Shown: positions 26,367 to 38,833 of the stretch, in pieces | Layout of the letters: the number at the start of each line of letters is the position of its first letter | Numbering within the stretch: the stretch's first letter is position 1 | The notes under the pieces: generated by a model | Databases searched by the model: none | The model's input: the letters and a program-made list of their open reading frames with translations, nothing else | What the model was told of the DNA's origin: nothing | Translations under genes and position numbers: made by a program | Assembly: GCA_964016885.1 (NCBI GenBank) | Contig: OZ024740.1 | Location: forward strand, 292,454,001 to 292,518,000 | Length of the DNA: 64,000 nucleotides | Reading direction: 5' to 3' | Source of the DNA: Eledone cirrhosa | Lineage: Eukaryota

Positions 26367-26428
26367 AAATATGGTTTTATAAATGTAGTTTCCATTTGTT
26401 TAATATCGTATATATATATATATATATA

Positions 26429-27914
26429 CTAGCAGAGGTACCCGGCGTTGCTCGGGTATTAAATAGCAGTTGTGTATACCATTTATGTCAATACTTCAGT
26501 GCTACTTCGAAAACTATACTTTTATAAAAAGAGGGTTCCTGCCCCCAGGGGTCCCCTACTCAATATGTGCCAATTCTGAGAGTTCACATTCATCTGCAGG
26601 ACAAACGTAGCCCATGTGTCAAGTTTTGTGAAAATCGGTTGCGAACTCTAGAAGTTATGACGTTTTGTTGCATTGCACTGCAGTTCTTCAGTCGACTCCA
26701 AGGAAGTGGTTAAAGGGGGTTATCTGCTGGGAGACCCTATAATCACTATCTGGAAAAATGAAAGTGCCCATGACATCCGGAGTACATAAGTAACTTATGT
26801 CTTAAGTTTGGTGAAAATACTGTAGAAATGCATAAGGTTTATACACGCGTGCGCTCGTGTGTTTGTGTGTGTGTGAGTTTGTGTGAGTGTGTGGGGTATG
26901 TATTTGTGTGTGCATATGTATGTGTATGTCCGTCGGGGCACACGTATGTACTGGCCTAAATCTTCACTATTTACTTTTACTATTTTAATAAGCTGTCATT
27001 TTCGTTTTCAATTTTATTTACATCATTCTTAAACTCCGGGGCTGGAAATAATTCGGTTATGTTAAATAGAATATTAGTCTAACGACTCTATTTATACCAT
27101 AAAATTGGTCTTGACTTTGCATGAAATTGTTCTTCACGCTCCACATAACGACGTATTATCCTCGCTTTTTTCCCGTTCATTGCCAGGGAACGTCTTCACG
27201 AACCAAAATATCGTCTCCCTGTTTTCGTTCGGTTGCAACGTTTCTCGAAATATTTACTTCTGCATTCACAGATTACTCTCAGTTCAATTTGAATGGGAAA
27301 TTCCTGTTTCATCGATTTTCTCCGTAACCATGGAAGCTTGTACCATAAAAGTCGACCCAACGCCTCCTCAGGTAATTCTGCATAACTGTGTAAATTTTCC
27401 GACTACACTTACTTACTTAAATATACAACGTCTGACCACTTCCAATTTATATAGTAGATATATTCTTATGCCAGGGAACGTCTTCACGAACAAAAGTATC
27501 GTCTTCCTGTTTTCCTTCGGCTGCAACGTTTTTCGAAATATTTACATCTGCGTTCACAGGCTGGCGATTACATAATCACATACATCACTGACAGATATTT
27601 TTGCATACACAAAAACAAAATATAAACAAACAAGGCCAACGATTACACCAGTTAGTCTTAGTGTACTTCATACTGCTTTTAGGTAGAAGATCCCGTTAAG
27701 GGTGAAAGCAGCGATTCTTTGCTTAAACTTTAATATTTTATTTTAATATATATATATATATATAATTATATATTCGTGTACAGATATTTTTACATACACA
27801 ATAACAAAATATAAACAAACGTATTTATTTCACGAGATTCGATAAGGATAAATATATATCAAATATATAAGAACCCTAGAGCAAATCCCGAGCAACGCCG
27901 GGCCATTCTACTAG
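26429..27914. mobile_element. Helitron-derived composite bounded by two outward-facing 3' termini
   Basis: CTAGcagaggtacccggcgttgctcggg at the left end and cccgagcaacgccgggccattctaCTAGt at the right end. Internal duplications at ~27180/27470 and ~27590/27780. Confidence 0.75.
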
Positions 27915-28002
27915 TGTAACATAGAACGTATATTTTATAAAATTATTTAATGCTAAATATAAACATTCAAACATTAATGCCGCAAATTATGAGTTAGTAG
28001 AG

Positions 28003-28615
28003 CAGGGCAGTGGATTGGCTGAAGCATAAGAACATCGGATCAAATGCTTTTAGGCATTTAGTTACGATCCTTTACATTCTGAGTTCAAATCCTACCGAGG
28101 TTAACTTTGCCTTTCTTCCAGTAACAGACTGGAGTCGTTTTAACCAACTTCCCCCTCCCTCGAAATTGTTGGCCTTATGTCTAAATCAGAAACCATTATT
28201 GGCAGTATCGGTAGAGGGTCGGACGCCATGCTGTACAGCAAAGAGTTACGGCCCTTTATGGTCTGAGTTCAAATCCCGCCGAGGTTAACTTTGCCTTTCA
28301 TCCTTACGGGGTCGATAAAATAAAGTACCAGTAATGCACTGAGATAATTGCTGGCCTTGTGCCAAAAGGTAGAGACAATTATTAAGGGCGGTAGATTGGC
28401 TGTATCAGAAGAGCGTCAGACACATGCTTTGCAGCATATAGTTACGGCCCTTTACATTGAGTTCAAATCCAACCAAGGTTAGCTTTGCCTTTCATCCTTA
28501 TGGGTTCGATAAAATTAAATACTAATAATGCACTGGGGTCAATCAACTTTCCCCCTACCTTGAAATTGTTGGCCTTGTGCCTATTAAGGTAGTGGATGGC
28601 AGAATCAGTAAAGTG
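28003..28615 (+). mobile_element. Head-to-tail array of three tRNA-type SINEs plus a partial fourth head
   Basis: B-box and core repeated at ~28081, ~28265 and ~28459. Confidence 0.85.
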
Positions 28616-29784
28616 GTGTGATATTTAAAGTGATGCCCCCTTGAGTTTTCACTTCAAAACAACTATATCTTAACTGATACATATTTTATTTTTTTGATTA
28701 CTGGGTCTTTAGAATCGACTTTTCCCACTCACAAATTGCTAGCCTTATGCTTAAAAATAGACATCGTTTCGAGTTAGACCAATTGAAGCGCATAGCCGTA
28801 TTTTCCATGAGTAGAAGTGTGAAATGACTGACAAGGGTCAGAGACAACAGTAGATGGGTCATCAATGCCGTTACATGCATAACTGTTGCAGCAAGGATAG
28901 AAAGAATTAGCTTGAAGAATTTGTCGAATTTCGGTTATTTAAATTGTTGATTTTGCTTCAGGATATTGAGTTCCCTTAAAGCTATAAGACTTTGAAAGGT
29001 CAATGCGAGAAATGAAATTATTAAAAAAATGTTCGTATAACAGGAAGTTTGTGCTTCTGGGTCAGTGGATTATCTCCTTCACTTCCTCACAATTCTCTGC
29101 TGTCAACAACAAACACCTCATCTGCGATTTCTTCATCTGTTAGTACTTAGTATCCAGTTCACTTTCTGTGTGTTCGCCTGTCTTCTGGAGTGTACAACGA
29201 TCACTTTCCTCGAATCCATCACAATCATCTTCTACTTTCACGTACAGATTTCTTTTTTCAGGCATTGAGTTTATTGTTACTTTTCATGTCTTCCATGAAA
29301 CTTGCATGGAATATTTCAAACTTACGGTTGAAGTTATTGATATTAGTGAATTTTTTTTTATTCCCCAGTGTCTCCCTTAAGATCATTCTCTACTACCACA
29401 GCGGCAAATTTGTTCGAATGTCTTCAGTAACATTCTTGTAGGCAACCATTATACCTCCATCTATTGACTGAGCAATGGAGGTAACAGTGGATGACAAGAA
29501 TATGCACCTTATTTTACTACCATTACTGACAAGTTGCTGACCACCTGAGTGAGCAGGAACATTACCCAACAGCAGTTGCTCCTTGACCTATTTAGAAGAA
29601 AGTTTGGGAACATTATCCTTGTATTTAGGCATGATAGGAATGAAATGTGGGACAATTCAATTATTAAAGATATGGCTGTTAAATCACAATGTCTTGCAAT
29701 GGTAATTATGCATCATCTCTGTTATCACTAATTTTATCTGTATTCATGCAACCAAATAAAGTTTACGACAAGGTATAGAGACTT

Positions 29785-30100
29785 CGGCGGCGAAATGGCA
29801 GAGTCGTCAGAACATCAGATAGAATGATCTGTGGTATTTGTTCTGGCTCTCTGCTCTCTGAGTTCAAATCCCGTCGATGTCAACTTTGCCTTTCATCCTT
29901 TCGAAGTCGATAAAAAAAATGTACCAGTCTGGTACTCTGTCGATTCTTCCTCTATATCTCTTTCTCACTCTTTATCCTTCTCTGAGAAAAATCTGTGTTC
30001 AGACCTAGAGAGGGATGAGCTTCGCTAGGCTTTAAAATGCCCGAGAAATTCCACTTCGGCGCCCCCCCCACGACTCCATCAGGAGTTACGGGACCATGCA
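29785..30100 (+). mobile_element. tRNA-type SINE, long variant
   Basis: ggcggcgaaatggcagagtcg head, GAGTTCAAATCCC B-box, core, and tail matching the 7740 and 1960 copies. Confidence 0.8.
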
Positions 30101-30579
30101 CGCATGCATAGAGACTTTAATCTTAAAAGCTTAGGTATTCCGTTGTAGTCATTGCCAATACTACCTGGTTTCATCCCCATTATACACTTCAGAAATAAAA
30201 AAAAAAAGATGGTAGGAGGAAATTTGGTTGCTGTTTCTCACATGTCAAATGACCATGCAATAGGTTTCTATTGACATCACGCTGTTTTGCTTGTTTGTTT
30301 TTATAGATAAATATATTGTCACTGACTTCTTTAAATAGCTTTGAAAAGTTAGAAGTGGAGGAAAAAAATCAAAAACATAGTAAAGGAAAGAAATCGTAGC
30401 ATTAACCCCCTTTTTGTGTGGTATTAGCACTGAAAGAGAAATCTGTCCTCTAGCATAGAAAAGAACAGAATTAGGATGAAAGCGGTCTTCCCTAATTCCA
30501 AACTGTGTTCAACATTTTGTTATAAGCAGTTAACACATATCTCAGCTCACTATAGTAGATTAAAATAGCACCAGTGGCA

Positions 30580-30930
30580 ACCTGGTGCTTTCGGCTACCA
30601 CCCCAGGCTCTGCTGCCTGCTAGGCCGAGGAGGGAAAACTGTCCAAGTATCGGCCACTCTCTGATAGATTTGTGGTAGAATCTGAAGCAGTGGAGACTTC
30701 CGGCGTTCTTGACCCCCCCCCCCCCCCCGATCACATTCCTACTCACTGTTATTGGAGCGAGTTGGTTGTCCGCAGGTGCAAGCTCCGCAAAGGGGAAGTG
30801 GCTGTTCCAAAGCGTCTACCTCGCCGTCCTTCGGGGTAATGTATTCTCCATTCTGATGGTCTGGACCAAGAGGCGGAGGGTAAGTTAGTTGGATGTGGAC
30901 GATGATCGTTCGGACGTCACTCATTTCCTA
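30580..30930 (-). repeat. GC-rich interspersed repeat, possibly a LINE 5' region (second copy ~53215-53325)
   Basis: ccaggctctgctgcc...gagggaaaactgtc.aagtatcggcc.ctctctgatag occurs at both sites. Confidence 0.6.
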
Positions 30931-31499
30931 TTTTCCCCCCACTTTCATTCACTTATAAGGTCAGTTATAAATCAAACCAGCGATCAAGTGCCGGGTTGAA
31001 TACTTTATAATACCAGGCTCTCTACTTCAATATTTTCATTTAAAATTAACACTGAGACAATGGTGTTGGGAGAAAACAGATTGTCAAGTTATTGCTCACT
31101 CCTCTCCAGAGTATTATCGAGTTAACTAAAATGAAATAATTATATCCAACGAACAGTTTGTTTCCCGTTTTATATTTCATCATAAATATTGTCTTGCTAC
31201 ATTAGACTTTACACTCAAAATTAACATTTCCTTATAAAATTATAACTTTTATTTTTGCTGTTAATCTTTAAGTAAATAAATATTGAATTTATTGTTAAAA
31301 CATCCTCGCCATACGATCACAAGGCTGGAATAAAACAAGTTTTTTAGGAGAGTGTTTATAAAATGGACACAAAAGTTCTCTTAATATTTTTTCAAACGAG
31401 TTTTCGAATAGTGAACATTTAGACGTATTCCCAAGCATCATTGCTGACATATATTATAACCGAGGTCCTACGTTTGATTTAGTGATGCGTAAAACCTTT

Positions 31500-31748
31500 T
31501 CGGTTATGACACTATGAGCATGTGCTTATAATGTCCCAGGAAAGGATCGCTAGACAGATTTTACGAGTAAAACCAACAGACTCCGAGCAAGATGGTTGGA
31601 TAACATCCATGAGCTTGGTTGGCCTCACTTGGGGCTCCAGCCGGGTCAGTTGGAAACGGTTGCTTCTGACAGGACCCACTGGAAGGAGTGTTTGAGGACT
31701 CTGTCCCCAAACCCTCTCAGGAATAAGTAAACGAAGAAGAAGAAGACA
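31500..31748 (+). mobile_element. RTE-like LINE 3' fragment with (GAA)n tail
   Basis: Homologous to 53575-53965 and 56832-57159. Confidence 0.8.
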
Positions 31749-33491
31749 CACTGCAGTGTTTCTATCCTCCATAGCCTATCCAATTTCGACTAAATAAAGC
31801 CAAAAGCCAATGTTAAAGCACAAGTCTAATAGAAACTATATTAAAAAAACAACACAAACACATCAACAAATATACACGAATCTATTGTGGCGAATAGTAT
31901 AGAGGTTCATTACCTTCCCTGTTTCTAGGGCTTTGGTGATCGATATGTATACTATGTTTTCCTAAACATTTAAGTACCGCCGTGGCTCACTAAATGTTTT
32001 GTGTGGCCCACTTTTAGGTCATATGTCTACTTTGGGCATCACTGATTTTAATAAAGGTTTCTTTGAAAAGTAAAGTTATTTATATTGTTTAGAAACTATC
32101 TATCTTACCGGTATACTGGAGGCGAGGAGTCGTCGGGGTTATGCTCCCAACTTATTCTTTAGTTGAGTCATCTGTTGTCGGATGATCGTCTTATTACTAA
32201 TTTTCTCGAAGATCAGCGGTAGTTATTAGTAGGGGATTAACTTAATTTGTGTATAGATGAGACCACCAGTATCTTTTGTTTGGTCTTTGGTCACTATAAA
32301 CACTGGCATTGTTGAATTCAGGATTGCAAGCTGAACAAACTCTTGTTAATGTTAGTGCTGCTCTATGTGGTCTCTCAAATCTGCTAGGAATGGCAATAAA
32401 TATCTCTAAAACCATATCCTAATATATTATACAAAGAAAGGATTCATTTGGTGATGTAGTCCTTGATATACAGAAATGCGGGATGGTCACAGCTTGAACG
32501 CTATTAATGTTGATTTGGTAGATAAACAACAACGATGACTTCTGGTTTCTAGCCTGTGATATTTATTTTCAACTGTGAACTGGGCTATTCGTGAGTTAAG
32601 TGCTTTATTCACTGGTACTACGATGAGATATGAACTGCTGATCCGCCAGTCATCCATGCACAGCTCAGCACTACTATTCTAAAACTGCATCACAAGAAAA
32701 TCAACGAATGGAAAGTCAAAGTTAATGAAGTTATTTCGGCTATTATTTCCATAACTAAATATTGCTACACCCTTTGATTAGCCATGAAAAGTTTAGATGT
32801 GGGGAAAAGGAATGTAAAATTGTCGTATTTACATCGATGGTGTTGGTACTAAAGGATTCTCCGTCGATTTCAACGATGAGCATTCATGCTTTTTAATCAA
32901 TTAACGTGTAATCGGTTGGGTGTTCTACAGACATGTGCACCTTTAACGTAATTCCCAAATCAAACCAGCGTGTCACAATATGTGACGAAATAGAATATTT
33001 GGATTACAGGTAAAATCTACCTCACAAGCGGCGATATAGTTTCTGTCTATCTAATTTTACTTACAAGGCTTGGGTTAGCACGAGGTTATGGTAAAAACAC
33101 TACATAGATCTCATACAGTGGGATCGAAACCGGGTTCTCGTGATTGCAAAGGGAACTTTGTAATTAATCACCCAAGCTTGCGTAATGGGAGAAACTCTTC
33201 ATTGGGCGGCGAAACATTTAATTTCATATAACAAAGACTGGGAACCTGCAAGCACGTCTTGCTTAGTCTCTCGTCTACTCCGTGTTTGTAAAGACGTTGA
33301 AGCCACGACACCGTCATTTCGAGTACCACTTGCAATTGAAACAGGTATATAAAACAAACATACCTGAGTCTTGCAACTCTCTCTTTTCTCTCTCTTTCAC
33401 CCCCCCCCCCCCTGCCCCCTGTATGTATGTAAGGGGAAGTATGCATATGTTTTGTGGTCTAATATATGATAGCTATCAAATATCTATATTT

Positions 33492-36400
33492 CGGTGAAAA
33501 CCGAAGGGAAAACTTCTTCGAACTGTGTAGACAAACCTAATTTAAAGATGATAAGGGTCCCTACGGACACCTATAAGTCTTTAAAGGAAAACTTTCCTAA
33601 GGACGTGGGTAATCCTTGTGTTAAACCCATTAACCGCGTCCTTTTAAAAAGTTTCCCCACCCTCACCCCAGAGACCCCCACCCTACCAAACATCTCCGTC
33701 CCCACCCCGCCGGAAACCACCACCCACCCAGACAACTCCTCTAACACCCCCATGGAAACCGTGCGGCCTGATCCCTGGGAGACGAAGAGGTGTTTTCTTC
33801 TCTTTTAACTTTTCAGAACCAACATGGCCAATATAAGAGTTGGGTGTGTGAATGTACGCGGCATGGGGATGCCCTGGAAACGGGGCAAACTCTTAAACGA
33901 CCTCAGGTCGCACAGTATGGATGTAGTAGCCATTTGCGAGTCCAGGATCGACAGTGAGCGACAGCTGGCCCCCATCTTCGATTACTTTGAGATCTACGCA
34001 TCTTTCTGTCAGCCGAGGAGTGGGGGCGGGGTTGCCGTTTTGCTGCGGAAACACCTGGGCCTCGTAACACAGACGGTACATCTGGATCCGGAGCGTCGAC
34101 TGGTGGTCCTAGACGTTGACGGTAGTGAAGGTGGAGCCTTCAGGCTGGTGGCCGCATATGCCCCATCCGGGACACCGCGGCCAGACTTCTTCAAACGTCT
34201 AGAGACTTTTCTGGGAACGTCCCGCTCCTTGCTTTTAGTGGGGGACTGGAATGGATTCATAGATGCACGTTGGGACTATGTGGGAGCATGTCCCAATAAA
34301 GGAGGGAGTAACATCCTCAAACAGTTAATCGGCCGATTTGACCTGGCCGATAGATATCGACTAGATTTTCCGACTGTGCCACTGTGGATGTGGACTAATC
34401 GTAGCGGAACATCTAGATCGTACCTAGATAGGGTTCTAGTTAGAAATAAGGATAGGGACATGTTAAGCTGTCCACAAATGTTCATGGTTGCCTATTCAGA
34501 TCACAAACTAGTGCCTGCATGGTCAACCTTGATACAACCCATAGGCAAGGACCCGGCTACTGGAAGCTGAACTTGTCGTTACCGACATGCAAAGCCTACA
34601 GTAGACGGATTAGCACTTTAGTTAAACAGTACTTGACAGGGGCCATTGTCAACAACAGATGGTGGTACTCTCTCAAGAGGGAAGTTAGATTAGACTCGTT
34701 AGTTTTTAGTAAAGAATTAGCGTTAGATAGAAATAGAACCGAGAAAGAACTGGTAGATAAAGTAGAAGAGGCAATTAGAAGTGGTAACGTAACCAGCGTG
34801 CTAGCAACGAGAACGGCCTTGGACCAGTTCTTCGACGCAAAGTATGAGGGCTGCGTTGTCAGAAGCAAAATATGTGCTCTGGGAAACGAGGGAGCCAAAG
34901 CTGTTAGCTGGGCCTGGGTGACGGAGGCAAAAAGTGGCAACAAGTCTTTGAAGGACCAAAACGGACGCGTGATACGTGAGCCGAAGCAGATGTGTGCGGC
35001 CTTTCAGCGGCACTTTGCTCAGCTGTTGGGGCAGGGCGGCGCGCCGGGAGGGGCTATGGATTTCGGTCCATACCTCGACAGCCTACCGCGACTCTCGGAC
35101 AGCGGGGCAAAGTTCTGCGAAAAGCCGATTTCAGCCGCTGAGATAGGGGACGCGTTGAACTAATGCGGCAAACGCAAATCTCCAGGTCTCGACGGTCTAC
35201 CCTACGAATTTTACGTAACAATGCCGGACTTATTCTCCGGTCTCCTGGAAGCGGTCTACTGCAACTGGCAACAGAACGGGAGAATTCCCAGTTCTGTGAC
35301 CGGGGCGTAGTCACACTAGTCAGGAAGGACGAGAATAAGGGGGATGACATAGGCAACTTCCGGCCCATAACTCTGCTAAACACAGAGTTACAGATTTTGG
35401 CCAAGGTGTTGGCAAAGAAGCTGGCGCTTGTCGTCGGGAACCTGGTGGGAGAAGCGCAGACATGCGCAATCCCGACCAGGTCCATACACAACAACCTCCA
35501 CCTCATGCGATACATCATAGAGAGGGTAGGGTGTAAACCCAGCTTCGCTGGGGCCCTGATCAACTTGGATCAGTCTAAGGCTTTCGATAGGGTTGACCAT
35601 CGTTACCTGGATGCGGTGCTCGAGGCGACAGGCTTCAAACCCGTGTTCAGGGGCTTGATTGCTGCAATTCATAACAACAACATCTGCTCAAGGGTTAAGG
35701 TGAACGGCTACCTCTCGGAGCCGTTCACCTTAACCCTTGAGCAGATGTCCCTTCTGTACGTATTGACTCTCGAGCCACTACTGCAGAAGTTGGAGCTATT
35801 GCAGGGCATCACTCTGGAACCGGGACTGCGGAAAGCGGCGTCGGCCTACGCCGACGACGTGACAGTAATGGTGTCGAGCGCCTCGCAAATCGAGGAAGTC
35901 GGCACCTTACTGAAGGAATACGAAAGGTTCACAGGAGTGAAGCTGAACCGGGACAAGTCCATCGGTTTGCAACTCGGATCGTGGAGAGGCAGACGGATGC
36001 CTTCCGATGGCGTCGTCGATCGCTGGACGGAAGGACCAGTAAAGCTGCTCGGGGTCTGGTTTGGTCCGGACCTTCAGGTGGAGAAGAACTGGAACGAGGT
36101 GTCGGCCAAGGTGTTTGCATTCACTCAGAAGTGGGCCGAGTGCAAACTATCCTTGAAAGGTCGAGCGGAGGTGGCGAACACTTTTATAGCGTCCGCCATC
36201 TACTACCGCTTGACCGTCGTGCCTTGTCCAGCCAAAACGCTCGCCAAAATGGAGCGCGCGCTCTTCCAATTCCTTTGGAAGAGGCGGGCTCCTATGGTGA
36301 GAAGATCCATCTGCTGCCAACGCCCTTCCAACGGAGGGCTGGGAATGCCGTGGCTGACGATGCGCAAACACGCGCTCAGGCTTCGGCATCTCTACGTATT

Positions 36401-37476
36401 CCTCACCGGACAACTTGTGTGGGCCCCGTTTGTGAGGCGAGCCTTCCCACGACTCGTCTCGCTGACCGAGCTGCAGTCCTGAGTCAAGCAAAGACCGAGG
36501 AAAATGGGCGACTGGCACATCGAATGTGCTCAGGCGCTTACAGCCGTCTGGCAGGCGGGCCCGACGATCAGTGGAGACTCCACTTCGTCATTCTATAGAG
36601 GGTTGATCCGCAGCAAGTGCGACGACGTGCTCGGTGAAACTCTGGGCGTAGAGGAACACGAACTAGCCAGTCTGTTCGGTAGGACCTTCCGCCCGGGACC
36701 GATGGACAACTTCCAAAAGTCCCTGGCCTGGCAATGCTACCGAGGAGCTCTACCAGTTCGAGACAAGCTCTACAGACATGGGCGCCCGGGCAGGGACCCT
36801 GCAAAAAAGATCTGTCCGAGGTGCGTGCGAGACGAAGAAACCGTCGCGCACGCATTCATACACTGCCCGGGCGTCACCGACCTGTGGGGCTATGTAGAAC
36901 GACTATTGTCGCGGGTGGGACCAATCCGGTTGACCACCGAGTCCATTGTCATGATCAAACCGCCACCCTCCTTCAAAAACGAAGGAGAGGCGGTTTTCCT
37001 TTGTGTGATAGCTATGGCGAAAGAGGTTGTATGGTGCACAAGGTTGAAAGGGCTGAGGTCAGACACCTTTCTCTCCGGTCAACAACTGATTCTTTTTTTC
37101 AAATACCACTTTGGAAGAAGAATCAGGATGGAGAGAGAGGTGCTGTACCCCAGCAAGTTTTATGAAAGGTGGGTGAAAGTGGCGAGAATGGCCCGAGTGA
37201 ATGGGCCTGCTCTCTATATCAGTCTGTAGGTTGAGGAAAAGGAGAAAGGAGGAGGAGAGGAAAGGAGTACAAACTCTTCGTACTCCTGGAGATGAGGGTT
37301 GCACATTTTTTCGGGGGTATGTGTTACCCATATGAACTGTCTCCCCCTATTGGGGAAAATCGACTAATTTTTAAATTGCATTTGTGATAATATTTTACAC
37401 GTTTTTATTGTATGTAAACTTCCACCTTTGTATTTGTTCCCTTCTTTTGTGCCCCTGTGGCTAATAAAGAAACATA
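33492..37476 (+). mobile_element. Tx1-type (L1 clade) non-LTR retrotransposon, 5'-truncated
   Basis: GC-rich island. Pro/Thr-rich ORF1 end (33494-33808), then ORF2, then AATAAA at ~37463. TATATTT on both sides. Confidence 0.92.
33824..37229 (+). pseudogene. Tx1 ORF2: APE endonuclease, RT, CCHC zinc finger; frameshifts near 34520 and 35160, in-frame TGA at 36480
   Basis: NVRG, GDWN, SYLDR, SDHK, GPGYWKLN, SPGLDGL, FRPITLLN, DQSKAFDRVDH, YADD, GGLGMP, CPRC...ETVAHAFIHC. Confidence 0.93.
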
Positions 37477-38274
37477 TATATTTATAAAACAGAGAATGTC
37501 TGTCTGTCTCCCTAAAACTCGAGAACCACCTAACCGATTTTTTCAAACTTTACACATGTAATACTTATGGTGGTGTGAGTGTTTTGAGCAAAAAATATTT
37601 CATATTTTCAATGCCCTAGGGACCGCATTAGGCGAAAAACCGCATATTTTAGGCTTTAAAGGCTTTTTTTTAGGCATAACGGAACAATAATCCAGGCGAT
37701 TTCTTCAAAATTTGCATTATTTATGTCGTTTAAAGTGTTTTGAACAAAAAAGATTTTCTCCTTTTTTGCCCCAGGGCCGCATTAAACGAAAAACCGATTT
37801 TTTAAAGCATTTTGGTTGCGTTAGGGCCTGTAACTCGAGAAATACCCAACCGATTTAAAAAAAAAACTTTGCATATGCATTACTTACGTTTCACAAATTT
37901 TCTTGACTGAAAAAGATTTCAAATTTTTGACCGGGGACCGTATTGTTTAGCATTTTGGTTGCGTTAGGGCATGTAACCTTAAAAGTATCCAACTAAATTC
38001 CTTCATGCTCTCCACCACTGCAGTCCCACATGCTTACTGCTCAGTAACTATTGCTTTCATTGTACCATAGCACAACAAATACATGTTCGGTTTGTTGAAT
38101 GCCTTTTTACTTAACCCTATCGCCTTGGCTTTCGTGGGTTGAACATTTTACTCTCAGGCACCCAATTAAGTTAAACCCCTGGTAATCTACAACGAATTTT
38201 TTTAATAAGCACAAAATGTAGACACCATCCCCAGGCCGAGAATCCCGAGCAACGCCGGGCCATTCTGCTACTAG
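37477..38274 (+). mobile_element. Non-autonomous Helitron (its 5' TC displaced to 33483 by the Tx1 insertion)
   Basis: ATAAAACAGAGAATGTCTGTCTGTC...AACCGATT 5' region and 3' hairpin cccgagcaacgccggg followed by CTAG|T. Confidence 0.85.
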
Positions 38275-38647
38275 TCTCCAATTTGGATAAACTATTTTCA
38301 GCTGTTATTTGAACGGAATTCAAGCGATACAGATTTCGATTCTCTCTAGTGGTTGCTAACAAACTTATTTTCTGTCCCCAAGGGAATTTTACCAGGATTT
38401 CTAACCCTATTATCATTGTAGCAAATATGTGCTTGGATTTCAACATTTCAAATTTCAAATCATCCCAAAGCCTTTATAAATCGTAAAATTTGTTTGCTTC
38501 TGGCTTTAGCCGTTAAAGCTATATATGGAGCAAGCCCTATTACGTACAGGGGTTTTTGTCGCTGCAGGTAATACACACTCTATCAATTCTACCAACCTAC
38601 CACCCTTTTAAAACCTAATATTAGATATTCATAATTATTATATTTAA

Positions 38648-38833
38648 ATGGTGGATTGGCAGTATGGGTAGAGGGTCGGACGCCATGCTTTGAAGCATAG
38701 TTATGTCCCTTTACGTTCTGAGTTCAAATCCCGCCGAGGTTAACTTTGCCTTTCATCCTTACGGGGTCGATAAAATAAAGTACCTGTAATGTACTGGGTA
38801 ATTGCTGGCCTTGTGCCAAAAATAGAAACAATT
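38648..38833 (+). mobile_element. tRNA-type SINE
   Basis: Complete A-box, B-box, core and tail. Confidence 0.88.

Noticed and set aside
27105-27575. 156-aa ORF
   Set aside because: It lies in Helitron-derived DNA with an internal duplication and has no recognisable domain.
30739-30924. 61-aa minus-strand ORF ending at a GTGAGT donor, a possible first exon
   Set aside because: It is contiguous with an interspersed repeat also seen at 53215, and no downstream exons were recognised.
38648-38740. tRNA gene
   Set aside because: A/B boxes are present but no cloverleaf was found; it is a multi-copy SINE head.
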